A stretch of 64,000 nt of DNA from Thalia democratica (lineage: Eukaryota). Location: NCBI GenBank assembly GCA_965202585.1, contig OZ241833.1, forward strand, positions 13,144,001 through 13,208,000, written 5' to 3'. A model generated the notes under the pieces. It made no database searches. It worked only from the letters and a program-made list of their open reading frames with translations, and was not told where the DNA came from. The translations under genes were made by a program, and so were the position numbers. Shown here piece by piece: positions 13,454-27,577 of the stretch; within the stretch, counting starts at the first letter, position 1, and the number at the start of each line of letters is the position of its first letter.

Positions 13454-16164
13454 AAAATCATTACACTTACCAATTTATATTTATCAGTAAGTTATTTTTA
13501 ACCGTTTTAGTAGTTATATGAAATAAACTAATTCTTTTTCCCTTTTAAAATATTTAAAAAAGTTATGTTACCAATATTTTTATACAAATAAATATTTAAA
13601 TCTGTTTTTGTAAAGAACTGAATAAAAAATTCTGAAGATTAAAAGCATAATATTGAATTCGATTGAGCTTATAGCAGTTTTTATAGTTTATTTCAGATTT
13701 AGACACAATAATAAAAAATAGTTTAGTTGTTTGTCATCTTTAATCTAGTTCAAAAACTTCTTTTAAGGACATAGATCCGTACTTATGTAACCATTTAAAA
13801 ATCATTGATGACGTTAAAGCACAATCTGTTTATACTACTTTTTTTTTTGTAACTTAGAATTTATAATTATGCAGCTTCTAATAACAGACTGTTATTTTTT
13901 ATGTTTATCTCTTAAATTAATTGCCAACATAATTATTTTTCTTTTTTTATTTAAGTTTGTGTTCCAGTATCATATTAGTATTTAAAGTATTAATTACATT
14001 TTCATGTTTGATTTTGAACTAAGTATTTACTCTATTATAGCTATTAAAGTTTATTATGATAACTTATATAGCTTTTCTCTATTTTGTAAAGTTTTGGTTA
14101 CTTCATTTTGAAAGTTATATATAAGCTAAAGAAAGATTAAAATGTATAGACTTTTTATTTAGCTTTACCAGAAGTAAACATAGTGTAAGAATTACAAATT
14201 TGTAACTTAGTAAAACAATTAAGAAGATTTTGTCCGAATGTTAAAAGTTTTGACATATGGAAAATATATTTTATTTATTATAAAAAAAAGAAAAATGTTT
14301 ATTTAATGTTTTAAGTTTTATAATCTACAATAAAAAAGGTTTTACAATAAAAACATCTCAGATCTAGAATCATTGTTCATTAGAACTCGCGAGCCGAAAA
14401 TTTGTACACAACGAGAATTCTACAACATAAAACTTTATAAATAGCGTGATTTTAGTATTATTATTGTCGTTTTTTGTCATGTAATTTTTAATTTAGTTTC
14501 AAGTAAATTTTCTACAATCTTAAATGTTTTTATTCTAACAACTTTGTCTTAAAAATAATTTCAAATTAGTAAAGTATAACTTAACTCTAATTTAAACCTA
14601 ATAAACATATTTTTCACACTTAACTCTCTATGACGTAACTATTTTTAGCTAGACATTTAAAAACCATTATATATAACTAGATTTATACCATATTCTTATC
14701 AGTTTTTAGCATTCTGACGATGCGCTAAATAAAATTAATAAATAATATTTTTTAACATAAGTGATTTATGTTTAAACTTATAAGTAAAAACTCTTTAAGC
14801 TGTAATTTTTTCAATTTTTACTAAGACAAAAAAATTGCTTACAAACAAAAGTTTTGTTTTTCGTCAGATAAAAAATACTTATGGAATATAAAAGCATAAT
14901 ATTTATTTATAAAAAATGTACTGTTCAACTTCAAACAGTTTCTAAAGAATATCTAATATGTCCTGAAAAAGACGTTAAAAGGTATCCAAGTGGTGTGCGA
15001 CTCGATAACCGTTTGCCTATCACACGATGTAGGTTGCTACTTATATTAAGCGGACCTAGCGATTAACTGACTTAACGCGTTATAACAATATCGGCGACGG
15101 CCGCTTAAGTTAATGTTTAGAATTGACTTAGCTAAATAACTTAGCCAAGTCGCTTTATAAAATGTAACTTTAACTTATGCTAACATTTAAACTTAATCTA
15201 ATTTAGTAGTAAGATTGTTAGAATGCTTAGATGCTTATATAAAGAAATCGAGTCTCTGAAAAAAATGTGTATTAATGAATAGAAACGACTAAACAAAATA
15301 TAGCAAACTGTAGAAATAACAACTTTAATTCAAAAGTTCATATAAAACAGTCGCCATCGTACAAGTGAACGATGCGAACACAACACTTTTCAAGAAATAG
15401 ACGTGTTGTCAACTAAGACACTAAAAACTAACTCACCAAAACAAGCGCGTTACTGAATTTAAGTTAAATAAATTTGAGAGAAAAGAAAGAAAGCCGTGTT
15501 TCGACTGCGAAAAACACTGTTGAAGTGTTACAACTGAAAGGTTTTTTCGCGCACCAGGTCATAGGACCAAATATTTTGAGCAATTTTATTTTGTCGTTCA
15601 ATAATAAGTATTTGCTGCTTTTGTATAAGAAGTTTAACTTTTTGAAATAACTAGTTTTTTTAATATGGTTATTTAAAAAAAGTTAATTAAATCTACTGTA
15701 CACAACTAAAAAACTTAACAAAAACAAAACGATAATTGAATTTAATAAGAGTGCAGAGTGAAAAATGAAAAAAAAAACAGTTAGTAGCCAGAAAACAAGA
15801 TTCTAGCGCATTTAGAGCTTAAAACTTAATTAAAAAATCATATTTAGAAAAAAAGATTATGCAAGTTACGCGATTTGAAGGGTTTTTGCATATATCAAAT
15901 TTCAATGTCTTAAGAAAAACAAAAAAAAAACCTCTAAAATTTTACTTTAAATATTTTTTTTTTCCTTTACAATAGTTTTAAAAAAATATTTAATGTTTTA
16001 TCGTATAATAATATTAAATAATAGTTTTATCAGGGTTGCAACTCTTTAAGCCAAAAATTTTTCCCGAGTGACCAAAAACTACCCTTAGTCATTATGAGTT
16101 TTTTCTAATCCTTTCAAATTTTTTTTGTGTCTAGTGCAAACTACTATACCTCGTGTTCGGTATA

Positions 16165-16785
16165 CTATCAAAATCCACCCGCGTTCAAAATCCACCCGAT
16201 CAAAATCCACCCGCATTCAAAATCCACCCGATCAAAATCCACCCGGTTTAAAATCCACCCGATCAAAATCCACCCGGGTCAAAATCCACCCGATCAAAAT
16301 CCACCCGAGTCAAAATCTACCCGATCAAAATCAACCCGAGTCAAAATCCACCCGATCAAAATCAACCCGGTTCAAAATCCATCCGATCAAAATCCACCCG
16401 ATCAAAATCCACCCGAGTTAAAATCCACCCGATTAAAATCCACCCGGTTCAAAATCCACCCGATCTAAATCAACCCGACTCTAAATCCACCCGTTTCAAA
16501 ATCCACCCGATCAAAATCCACCCGATCAAAATCCACCCGGTTCAAAATCCACCCGATCAAAATCTACCCGGTTCAAAATCCACCCGATCAAAATCAACCC
16601 AACTCTAAATCCACCCGTTTCAAAATCCACCCGATCAAAATCCACCCGGTTTAAAATCCACCCGATCAAAATCAACCCGAGTCAAAATCCACCCGATCAA
16701 AATTCATCCGAGTTAAAATCAACCCGAGTCAAAATCCTACCGACACAAAATCAACCAAAGTCAAAATCCAACCGAATCGAAACAA
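16165..16785 (+). repeat. Tandem array of 15-16-bp units (core TCAAAATCCACCCG), left arm of the foldback element
   Basis: About 40 units with 1-2-nt variable linkers (A, GT, AG), degenerating towards the interior. Confidence 0.95.
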
Positions 16786-17415
16786 GCACCTTGTTTATTT
16801 ATTTCTTTTTAAATTAAGTATCATTTAAACAAATCTCACCACTCTAAAGTACCAATCTTAAACAAGTTTTATTTAAAAAACACTTATAAAATCTTGTATT
16901 TTTGTCCCTTATAAATTGACTTAAGAATATAAAAACTGTACTACAGATTGAACTTATTTTGTGAGGTTTTTTGAGTTGTTATTTGGTATTTTTGTTTATT
17001 ATAAGGAATTTTTGACAAAAATGTTTTTGTTTTTTTGATTACTGAATATAATTTTGAATAGCTACAGCCGGCAAGCAGCTTTTAAAGGTACTGTTGTTTT
17101 TGATATAAGTATAACTATAAGAGCTAATAAAATTTTAACAACGTCAGGATAAATAAATTAAAGTTTTACTATACAAATATGACTATGTTAAAACTTTTAG
17201 AAAACTAAAGGATGTGCCAGAAAAAATAATCTTGTATTATCTCAATCACAATTACACGACAATCAATTATAATTTACTGTTTCTAAGTATAAAATTTAAT
17301 AATTTAGAACTTTTAAGTAATTTTTAAACAAATACGTCACACGATATAATTTTTATAAAAACTGAGTATTACAAGTGAAAGCTACCATTTATACTACAAA
17401 TTAATCCATTTAATT

Positions 17416-18295
17416 TAGGGGTCAGCAAACTGCGGCCCTCGAAGTGTAAATATGTGGCCCTCGAGCATGTAAATTTGGTCAACTAAACAAAACAAAATTT
17501 AAATTGAAATTTTCAAAAAAGAAAAAGAAATTATAATAGTTTGTTTTTAAGTTTCTGAATATCATTTAAAAATCATTTATTATGCTTAAGCCTTAGATGT
17601 GAAAAAAGACAGACAGTAAATCTAGAAGTTTTTCTTTAAAGTTTAGACTTTACTTTTCCTTTTAAACAACAAAAGCTTACGTACTTGGATAAATTACTTA
17701 TATAATATTGCAAAGTTTTTTTAATTGGCAATTTTACATGTTTTTAACTTTTAAAAACACGGTGACTGGGTTGAAGTAACTGTTGTACTTTTTTTGTTTC
17801 AAAAAGTTGCAACCCGAAAAACTTTAGATAGGTTATTAAGGTATTTAAAGGTTTTAAAAGAAAAACTTACACTGTTTAAAATGAAAGTATTAATATTTGT
17901 TTATATTTTAACTAGTTTAACAAAATCACTAAAATTTTAAATACGTGATATGCTGTGCATTAAATAAAAAAAGATTTTTTTTAACTACTAAAAAGAAAAT
18001 ACAAATAAAATAATAGAAATTGATTATAAAAAGTGTACATAATGATCTACACCTGTTTTTAATGATCTACACCTTGTAAATAATGATAGAAATAATAATA
18101 TGACACAAGTTTTTAAAAAAAGATAGTTTTCGACTTTAGAAAAAAATATACATTTTAAATATGCCAGGCCTGATCCCTTTAAGTAGATAAACGTGACTAA
18201 AACAGATTAAAAACAAAAATTGAATAAAACAACGGCTCGTGAAAAAATTGAAACATGAAATTTGGCCCGAGATAAACAATTGTCTGCCGACTCTG
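17416..18295. mobile_element. hAT-type MITE nested in the foldback element
   Basis: TIRs TAGGGGTCAGCAAAC / GTCTGCCGACTCTG; degenerate TSD atttaatt/attaaatc. Confidence 0.7.
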
Positions 18296-20454
18296 ATTAA
18301 ATCCGACTGCATCTTCGTTACTTTTAATTACAAAAAAGTAAAAGGCAAACGTTTAAAATTCATTTAGTTTGTGTTTTTTTTAATATAATTTTTTTATGTG
18401 AAAGGTCTTAACAAGATATTTGTCTATAAAAGTTCTTTTTGTTAAGAAAAGGTCACTAATTTACTTTAGATAGTTACCTTTACTGTATTGCCATTTAAAG
18501 ATTTTTCAATATTAACTTTAAATTAAATATTTATTAATTTTCGGTTTTATTTGTTAGACAAAATTTTCACGCTTTTAAAGTTAATTTGTCTACTAAACAA
18601 TTTGTTATAACAATGGTTGTCTTTACCGTTTAAATTCGTTATAACCAATATAAAATTTTGTTTAATTTTAATATTGTTTCATTTTTAATTAAATTACTTA
18701 AAATTTCTTAAATTTTAACAAATGGACTTTTTTTATATGAAGATTATATTTAAAAATAATAGTGGTAAATAATAACATTTCCATTTCTATGAATTAAAAA
18801 ATATCAATTAACAATATAATATTGAACAGTAAATAATAATTTATCTTACTTAATTACAATTTCTATGCAACTTTATATTTATAAAAAAACATAAAACGTT
18901 TACAACTAATTAATTAAAAACATGCAGTTATAGCTTTTAACTTAAGTTGTCGGAAATTAATTCAAGAAAATTTATCGCATGTAAATTAAAAGTTTTAGAT
19001 TAGAAAATTTTAAATTTAAAATTTAAACGTTACCCAAAAAAGATTAAATTTTATAAAACCACTCAATTAATCACTTTCAAAACTGGTCTTAACCTATTAA
19101 TAAAATTAATAATACGATTTATTAAGTTGATACAGTCTGGTACAAAAATTCATAAAAATAACTTATACTTGAATTTAAACTCTCTTGTCTGAAATACATA
19201 CTTTTTTTAATGAACCTATGTAAAAATAGAACATTTTAATAATAAATTAAAAATGTTATAAGTTTTTTTTTCGTAATATTTGTTATAAATATAGTGTCAT
19301 TTCTAAAAAAACTAGACTTATTTGTTTACTACTACAATTCTAAAGTATATAATTTCCCTAGCTCAAGTCTAACTACTAACTTTTTTAGTTGCAATTTACA
19401 AGCTATTTGAGCAAACTCAATGAATTGTAGAGTCGATATTTGTTTTATGTAAAGGACTTTAGAATTCATAGAAAAATGTTTAGCTTTTTAATTTGTACTA
19501 TTAGTTAAAAACTAGCAAATTAAGTTGTTATCTAAATAAAAATAACTTATAACTTTAGTTACTTTAGACGAAACAATTTTTAGTTTTTTCAAAAATAGAT
19601 GGTTTATAAAAAAAACATTTAATAAAATAAAATTCAATTAACTTAAACACTTTGAAAAAACGATAATAGCAGCTAAAATTATTGTATAAATTAAAAAAAA
19701 TAACTAAAAAATATTTGTAACAAAAATTAGATAGAAAACAATAAAATTGTTTTAAAACAGTTATTGATTTCTTACATATTCCTCATTTATATTTTTAGTA
19801 AATTAGTTTTCGTATTTTTATATTAAAATTTATGTTCTGTTTTTAAAAATTACTAACAAAAGAAACGTCAATAAATTGCTTACTAAACGACAAATAAAAG
19901 CGCTCAAAATATTTGGTCCTAAGTCCTCTTGCACGAACATACCTTAAAGTTATCGAGTCGCACACCAAAAATATCTTTTAACGTCTTTTCCACGTCGAAA
20001 ACAATAATGTTTGAAATATAATTAATAGGTGATAGTTTTTCCAAATTTAACAAAGGATTTTTATTTTATTATCACGTAGCAATTTTATATTATTCTTTAT
20101 CTATATTTTATTTTTTATAAACACTGTTAGTTGAAATTTTTTATATAACAAAATATTGTATGTAATACTATTTTGAAATTTAAGTAAAGCACAAAACACA
20201 AAACTTTTTACATCAAAAAAAAAAGCTCAAAAATTTTAGATTAATATTTTAATTTTCTTTTTGTAACATTTAATTAACATTTTCCATAAATTTACATTAT
20301 TTGGTATTTGATTTTTGTAATTTTCTTTAGCTTTATAAATGTTATTAAAGATTCTTCTAATTTATAAACTTCTATAGTTTTGATATTTTAATTTACTATG
20401 AGTTGTCTTTAGTAAATATTTTTATTTAATTATGATTGACTTTGGGAAATTATC

Positions 20455-20890
20455 GGGTGGATTTTGACTCGGGTTGATTTTGATCGGGTTGATTTTAATC
20501 GGGTGGATTTTGAACCGGGTTGATTTTGATCGGGTGGATATTGAACCGGGTTTATTTTGATCGGGTTGATTTTAATCGGGTGGATTTTGAACCGGGTGGA
20601 TTTTGATCGGGTGGATTTTGAACCGGGTTGATTTTGAACGGGTGGATTTTGACTCGGGTGGATTTTGACTCGGATGGATTTTGATCGGGTGGATTTTGAC
20701 CCGGGTGGATTTTGATCGGGTGGATTTTGAACCGGGTAGATTTTGATCGGGTGGATTTTGACCCGGGTGGATTTTGATCGGGTGGATTTTGACTCGGGTG
20801 GATTTTGATCGGCTGGATTTTGATCGGGTGGATTTTGATCGGGTGGATTTTGATCGCGGGTGGATTTTGATTGCGGGTGGATTTTGAACG
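20455..20890 (-). repeat. Inverted tandem array (CGGGTGGATTTTGA), right arm of the foldback element
   Basis: Reverse complement of the 16.2-16.8 kb array, about 28 units. Confidence 0.95.
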
Positions 20891-21968
20891 TGTCCCCTCG
20901 TGTTCATTTTCTTAATAATTAAAAGAAAGGTTGTATGATGTTTATGCTTCTGCATTAGATATTCACTACACTTATGAGAAATTCTGTTTTCCAAGGTTCA
21001 ACGTTAAAAGTATAAATCGATTAAGATTTAAAACTAAATTTGTTGATAATTTTATGTAACCATGTTAGTTAACTTTTTATATAATATAAAATAGTTTGAA
21101 TCTTTTATAGCAAACAATTTTATCTACGAATTAAGGATGTATAAAACAGTATAATTTTACTAAACTATATGAGTAACTAAAATTATAGAGTATATTAAAA
21201 CTTTTTAGTGCATAGTTAAACTTTTATATCTCTAAACTGTTTATGTTTAACATAAACTCAAAAAATGATAAGTATTAGTTACAGATTTAAAGCAAAAACT
21301 ACAATCTTATTTCTGAGAATAGCAAAGAGCTAGCCGCAAGGCCCAAGTTATTTTAAATAAGCATTCCAAAATAAATAAAAGTCATGTTCTTGAACAAAAC
21401 TGGGTACATAAAACAACAAATATAGAATCTTAATCGATTAAATTTTATTCTAGATCTCGAAAAAAATCTGCCTTGAAATTTTTAAAACTGTCCTAGGATT
21501 AGAAAGAAAAAAAAAATTCCTGAGCTAATAAAAAAGTTAGTCAAAAAATTCAAAATATCCTGAGTTATCCTGAGTTAATTTAAGTTTCCCTGAGTATCCT
21601 GAGGAATAAATAACCCTGTTTTGTATATAGTAAACCTAGTTTTAAATAAAAAAACATACCGCAAAACTATTTAAAGAAGATTTTAATTTACAGAAGCTTC
21701 TTTCTTTTTATAACTTATGTTTTTTACGGATATCTTTAGTTAATATGTAGTGTTTTTATAACTTGAAAACAAAACAAACTTAGTTCTTATTTTAGTAATG
21801 TTTGTGTTTTAAGAGTTTGTAAATGTTTGTTAGATGTAAAACATAAAGTTTTTAATTAAAAAACTCGTTAATTTCAAGTTCAATTCAGTTCTCGCCCCAT
21901 TGTGTGTAACAGCACATCGTTAAATAATGTTTTTGACGACACTTATTTCATTTACCATTGCTTTAACC

Positions 21969-22318
21969 TAGGGGTCGGCAGCCTTATATAATAGCGTGCC
22001 AAATGTTTTACTAAAATATGCTCGCGGGCCGCACTATACAGAAAAAAAGTCTTCGCGGGCAGCAGTTTTTAAAAAAACTATTGTAATACTTAATACAAAA
22101 ATACAATTTTAAACCAAAAAATGTGACAACACAAGCTATAAAAGAGCACTAGTAATGCGTAATTACTTAAATTAAACCCTAGTTGCAAGTTTTTACCACC
22201 AAAACTTTTTTTCTAACATTAAAAAAAATATGTTTTTAGCTGAAATGTACCTCGCGGGCCACATATTTTGTCTTTAAGGGCCGAATTTGGCCCGCGGGCC
22301 GCAGTTTTCCGATCCCTG
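21969..22318. mobile_element. hAT (Buster-type) MITE
   Basis: TIRs TAGGGGTCGGCA / TTCCGATCCCTG; perfect 8-bp TSD CTTTAACC with central TA; GGCCCGCGGGCC subterminal motifs. Confidence 0.9.
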
Positions 22319-25300
22319 CTTTAACCTCTAGGTATAGTTGCCAGATTTCAATTAGTTGGATAGCACACAAGCTAAAGCAAATAAGTGGTTAAAACATCAA
22401 TAAAATCAGTCAAGCAATTTTGACTCTAAGTAATCTTTGTCCTTAGCTCATTTTTTCTGGATTTTTAGTAAGAAAAGAATGAGTGCAGCTTAGGGTTTAA
22501 AATGAAAAAACATAAAACTACTAACAACAAAGTCCGCAAGATTTTTTCTCAGCAGCAAAAACAGAAAGTTTAGGTGAACCATCATTATTTTTAAGATTGT
22601 GGGCTGATCTAGAATTGTTTGATGATAAAGCATCAGAAACTTTCGCTTTGAGCTATTAGACTGGTACCATTATCATATAAACTTAGATGAACTGGTTCTT
22701 TAGCAAAATGACAGAGGTGACAATTCAAGGCAATTAAAGCAAAGATTGCATAAAACTTATCAGTAGTTTTGTAATTTTTAGTGTTTTTATTAAGTCGAAT
22801 TCTTTGCTATAGGATGCCGAAACAACAGTACAATTGCTCTATTAGGTAACATAGGTACTCTGATAATGCTTTAAAGATACTGATAGTCGTTTTTGATGAT
22901 GTTTTTTCTTCTTGAGATAAAAACAGTTTTATAATTTTTTCTTTTCTTTTCTGTATTATTAGATAATAAAGGTATAGAATTTTATTTCTTTTGTTTTAAC
23001 TCTATTACCTTTTACTAAGTGCTGACTTTTCACAGAGTTGTCAAAAATTTTACCATAACAAATGTTATGCAGAACATTTTAATTGCACTAACAAACCGTA
23101 AAACACTGATATCTTTTCTTTTTTTGATCAATTTTCGTAAGTCAATTTAAAATAACTTTGTTAAAATTCTGCACCAAATACAAGAAGGTAGCAATTTATT
23201 TCCTTACAAGAAACAATTTTTATATATTTTAGGACCAGATAAGTTTGAATAATATTTTTTTGTTTTTTTAGTTTTCCTCTTCCTTAGAAAACAAAATTAC
23301 TTTTTTACTTTGATTTTTCTTACCTTATAAGTTGAGTTTATTTAAAAAAAATTGTTAAAAGCAACATATAATTTTGATAAAATTGGATAAAAAAAGTTAA
23401 CTTTCATTATAAAAAAAGACTGACCTGTCGTCAACTTTTTGAATATGCTGACATAAAAGAAATTTTAAAACATCATTAGCTAAAAGTTAGGAAGCTGTTT
23501 TTTGAGCTGTTTTATCTTATATGATATACCTTGCTAAAAAATTTAAAAAAACTTATAATTTTGTAGCGTCAAGTGCACCCTAAATTTTCCAATAACTTTA
23601 AATAAAATGCATAGCCTAGTGTCTGAAAACTTGTTCAATTTTTGTAAAAACTGTTTTACTAATAATCTAGAGTGCTGTTATATTTAATGATCAAATGAAA
23701 AGTACTTGTGGAATAGAAACTTTCTGATACATTTTATCATACCTGCAACGTGGGACCTTTAAGCAGTATACATATGGTAAATCATGAAGTATTTTAAAAT
23801 CAAAATTCAGCTAATTATTGTACATAAATAAAAATTTTATATTTGCCTTGCTAGAATAAATTAACTTTTAATATGCAATCTACTGTTAACCTTTTTTGAA
23901 GCAGAGCCGTAATAAATTAAGTTTAGCAAAATAAAACTGTTTTAAAACTTTATATCTTGACCTAAACGCGTAAAGACTACAAACTTAACTGTTAGAGTTT
24001 AATTAAAGCATTCAGAACTGCTAAGTTTACAGATAATTTATTTCTTGGAAGTATGGTGAATGTCTATTATTTATCTTTCGTTATAGACGAAATTGCTCTG
24101 AGAGGCCCCTGTAACCTAGTTACCAGGAAAGAAAGAAAGAAAAATGTGAACGCTCACAATTAAGGTCAATGGATTGGTGTGGAGAAAGACCTTTCGGTCA
24201 TCGAGCTGCACACCATTTACTTGTAACTAATTATTTGAGCTAACTTTAACACAATAATGAAAAAATAAAAACAAAAACTTAAAAAGTAACTGTATATACG
24301 AAATCATTTTTTTCTTTAGGTTTAAAAATGGTAAGCACCCTTTTTTAACCCATTACTGCCAATATTGACCATGGAAAGCATAGTCTATCATGGGCTCCAC
24401 ACTGTCTCCTCCCCTAAATTTCTATTTTGATGATCATGTACATTCAAATTTTTCTTGTTGCCCTTTCTACAAGAGCAACCACAAAAAATGCAACAAATAT
24501 CTCAAAATTGAATAGATGGGGATAGTTGGTAATGTCAGTATACATAATATATTAAGTAATGTCATAAAACTGTAAGAGCGCCATGTATTTTAAAATAGTG
24601 TTTTTAAATGGTGGATGGTATAAGTGTGATAGTAAATAAGTATAATAAGTATAAATAATGGTATAAGTATAATAGTGAAGCGTAAAATGGTGGATGGTAT
24701 AAGACATGTATGAGATATGTTATTTGTTTTGCTATGTCTATTGGGTGTCCGCAGAGCGGACTACGCATTATTATAGATCTCAACATGTGGTGTTTACTGT
24801 TATAAAAAAACGCTAAGCTTTCCAAATTTTTAAGTTTGATATAAGCATTTAAAATTAGTCGTAATCAAAAAATGTATAATTTTAGTTATAAGAAAGATGT
24901 TTTATTTTCTTATTTTATTCTGATAGTTGTAACTTTACCCATCCAGAGTGTTTTTCAGTCTTTAAGTTTCATAAATTTGTCATTTAGTAAACCTAATCTG
25001 AAAACTACAAATTAATAAAGTAGTTTACTAGTAGTTAACACTGACTGTGGTTAAAACTAATAAGTAAATATTAAAACTGCATTAAATTAAAATATATAAG
25101 TAGAAGTTAATAGCAACAATAAAGCAGCACATGCGTTTTTCTTGTATTAAATTTTAAAGGTGGAAAAAAATCTATTATAACAAACACAAAAAAGAAATTA
25201 GACAACAAAAATGTGGTCTATTGACCTGGTATGAAAAAAAACTTTTTGTTCATCTAGTTGCACACTACTCATTTACTTTTTAATTTGTTGAAAAAAAAAA

Positions 25301-27248
25301 CTTGTTACAATAAAACAATCATGTTGGGTATACCAAAATCAAAAAACTACTTCTTCAGTAAAAAAACACATAAAAAATCAACATAATTAAAACAATTTGA
25401 TTAAACATATAAATAACTTTACATAATTTATTTTATGTAAAAGTTTAATCACAGACATGTTAACCTTTCTTTCTTTCTAAGTATTAAAGCAAAATGATTT
25501 TTTTCCTTTTTTTTTGTGTATGTGTTGACTACAGGGTTTTGATATTATGGTTTACTTTCTATTTCAAAGAGCCTTCACAGCTGTCATTAGGACCCCTATG
25601 CATCAAGCCATATGTTTTCAAGCTAAAAATTTCTTGTAATGTATACACAGCAGGGTTGTAAAAAACTCAGGATACTTTGTATACTTTTAAAGTCTTGTCC
25701 AAGACAGGTATCCGTGGTTTGCAACATGATAATCAAAAGGTTCTTTGTGCAGCAGGTCCTAGGAGCAAATACTCTGAGCGTCTTTTTTATTGTTCAATGT
25801 ACTTGAGATAACTCAAGACAGTTTTAAGTTTTTGAAAATCTCAGAATGACTCAGACTAGTTTTTTTTTTAACTCAGGATAACTCAGGCCAGTTTTTTATA
25901 TATCTTGAAAATCTCAGTCCAGTTTTTCCAGTTCTTGTATAAGATTTAGTGGTTTCTAGTTTCTATACTTTGATATTTTTCAGCCAATTTTTTTCAAAAA
26001 CTTAATTTTTATTTATTTCTAAAAGTTTGTTTTTATTATTTTAACTATTTAAGACTTTTTTAAAGGATATAATTAAATTAGGACAGCATAAGCTAACTCA
26101 GGATAGTTTTTGACTTAAAGAGTGGTAGCCCTGATATGAATATATATATCTATATCTTAACATAAAAGTGTACTTAACAAAATATCATTGCAAAAAAAAC
26201 ATTTTAAATGAACAAGTGCATTAAACTATTGATAATGTGTTGTTACTTGGTTGTGTAGGGGACCTGTTGGAAGTGTGTTTTTAAGATTAAAAAATTTAGC
26301 TCATTTTATCCTTTAAAAAATAGTCTCAAATTTTCTTAAAAATACTCGTAGGTCAACAAATATACAAAAAAAAACTTTATACTTAGTTAGTAATTTTAAG
26401 TAATGATTAAACTATTACTTTGTCTTCAATAATAAATGATAAAAGAAAGTAATAAGTTTACATAAACAAAGAAACATCAACTATTATGCAAGTTTTTTAA
26501 AACTATAATCTGAGATTAATAAAAACCTGGCATAGATTACTAGAATACAGACTGGATTCTCTTAAGCACAATCAACATATTGACCGTCCTCAGGTATTTA
26601 GATATACTCTTAGATTGAAGCTCTTTCAAATAAAATAACTTAAAATTAAAACTTATTTACTATTAGTATTACTTAAATTAGAAAAAGTTGTTAGAAATCT
26701 ATTAGTTTATCAAAAGTTTACTGAGGACGGATTTTTATCTGAAAACGTTTTGAACTTAACTAATATGCAATAAATTTGTAGATTCTTCTAAACTATCTTC
26801 ATATTTTTTTCTAATTATTGGTGCAAAAGAAAAATTACATATAAAAAAAATGACTGTGTCCTGGACTGACCTAAGAATTTTATATAAATCTTGTCTATTA
26901 CTTGAAGAAATGTGATTTTTAAGATAAATGTTACTAACTTTATAGTTTAACTTTCAGCTACTGCAATTTAGTTTCTTCTAAAAACTAAAAAAAAAGTTAA
27001 GTATTTGTTTAGCATAAGTATCAGTCATTTTACTTTTTTTCTACAAAAGGTTTATTTAAAAGAAAAATAATCATAAACTGTACATAAGAATGTAATTTTA
27101 TGACAGCTTATTTATTATTATATGCTTGGTAATTTTTAAGAAGTTTTTCTCTGTTTTAATTTAACTAGAAACTATTGCTTTGTTAAAAAGAAAAAAAAAA
27201 CTAGATCAAAACAGTATAGTGAAAGTACACTAATATTATCTATTAGTT

Positions 27249-27577
27249 CAGGGGTTGGCAAACAGCGCCTTAAAAACCAAATGAGGCCCTCAAAGCTAGA
27301 ATTCAAGGCTGGCAAAGTTGTTTTTAGCCTAAAACATACAAACACAAAAAGCTTTTTTGGTAAAAGCTTACAACTAGACTCTTAATTTATTGACTCCTCA
27401 TTGCAACTGCTGTATTATAACATTTTTGGTTTAAAGTATATTTTCTATTTTGATTTATATAAATATATTAAAACAACTGTAGCCCACTAAAGACACATTT
27501 TGTACAGTGCGGCCTGCAAGCAACTTTTTCTAAGAAAATTGGCTGCTTCTTACAAAAAGCTGCCGTGCCGACCCCTG
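27249..27577. mobile_element. hAT (Buster-type) MITE
   Basis: TIRs CAGGGGTTGGCA / TGCCGACCCCTG; TSD tattagtt/tattagga. A related 3'-end fragment lies near 57160-57230. Confidence 0.8.

Larger units (their letters stand above)
16159..20895. mobile_element. Non-autonomous foldback/Mutator-like TIR element, 4.7 kb, with tandem-array arms
   Basis: Termini GG...TCAAAATCCACCCG in inverted orientation. Flanked by the direct repeat CCTCGTGTTC (16149-16158 and 20896-20905, a 9-10 bp TSD). No internal ORF of 60 aa or more outside the arrays. Confidence 0.85.

Noticed and set aside
16125-16468. ORFs of KIHPIKIHP / STRSKSTR repeats (also 20572..20994), or a CRISPR-like array
   Set aside because: They are translations of a 15-16-bp tandem repeat without stops in some frames. 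The units abut with 1-2-nt linkers and no unique spacers, and they form the TIR arms of a TSD-flanked element.
16031-21618. A CAGGGTTG-type hAT element enclosing the whole foldback insertion
   Set aside because: Both termini are present but the flanks (agttttat vs ttttgtat) do not form a TSD, so they may be unrelated fragments.
24320-24330. 11-nt ATG-containing microexon candidates (tttag|GTTTAAAAATG|gtaagc; also minus strand 60040-60030)
   Set aside because: Splicing to the next acceptors gives only short or out-of-frame uORFs, and such signals arise by chance in AT-rich DNA; needs RNA evidence.
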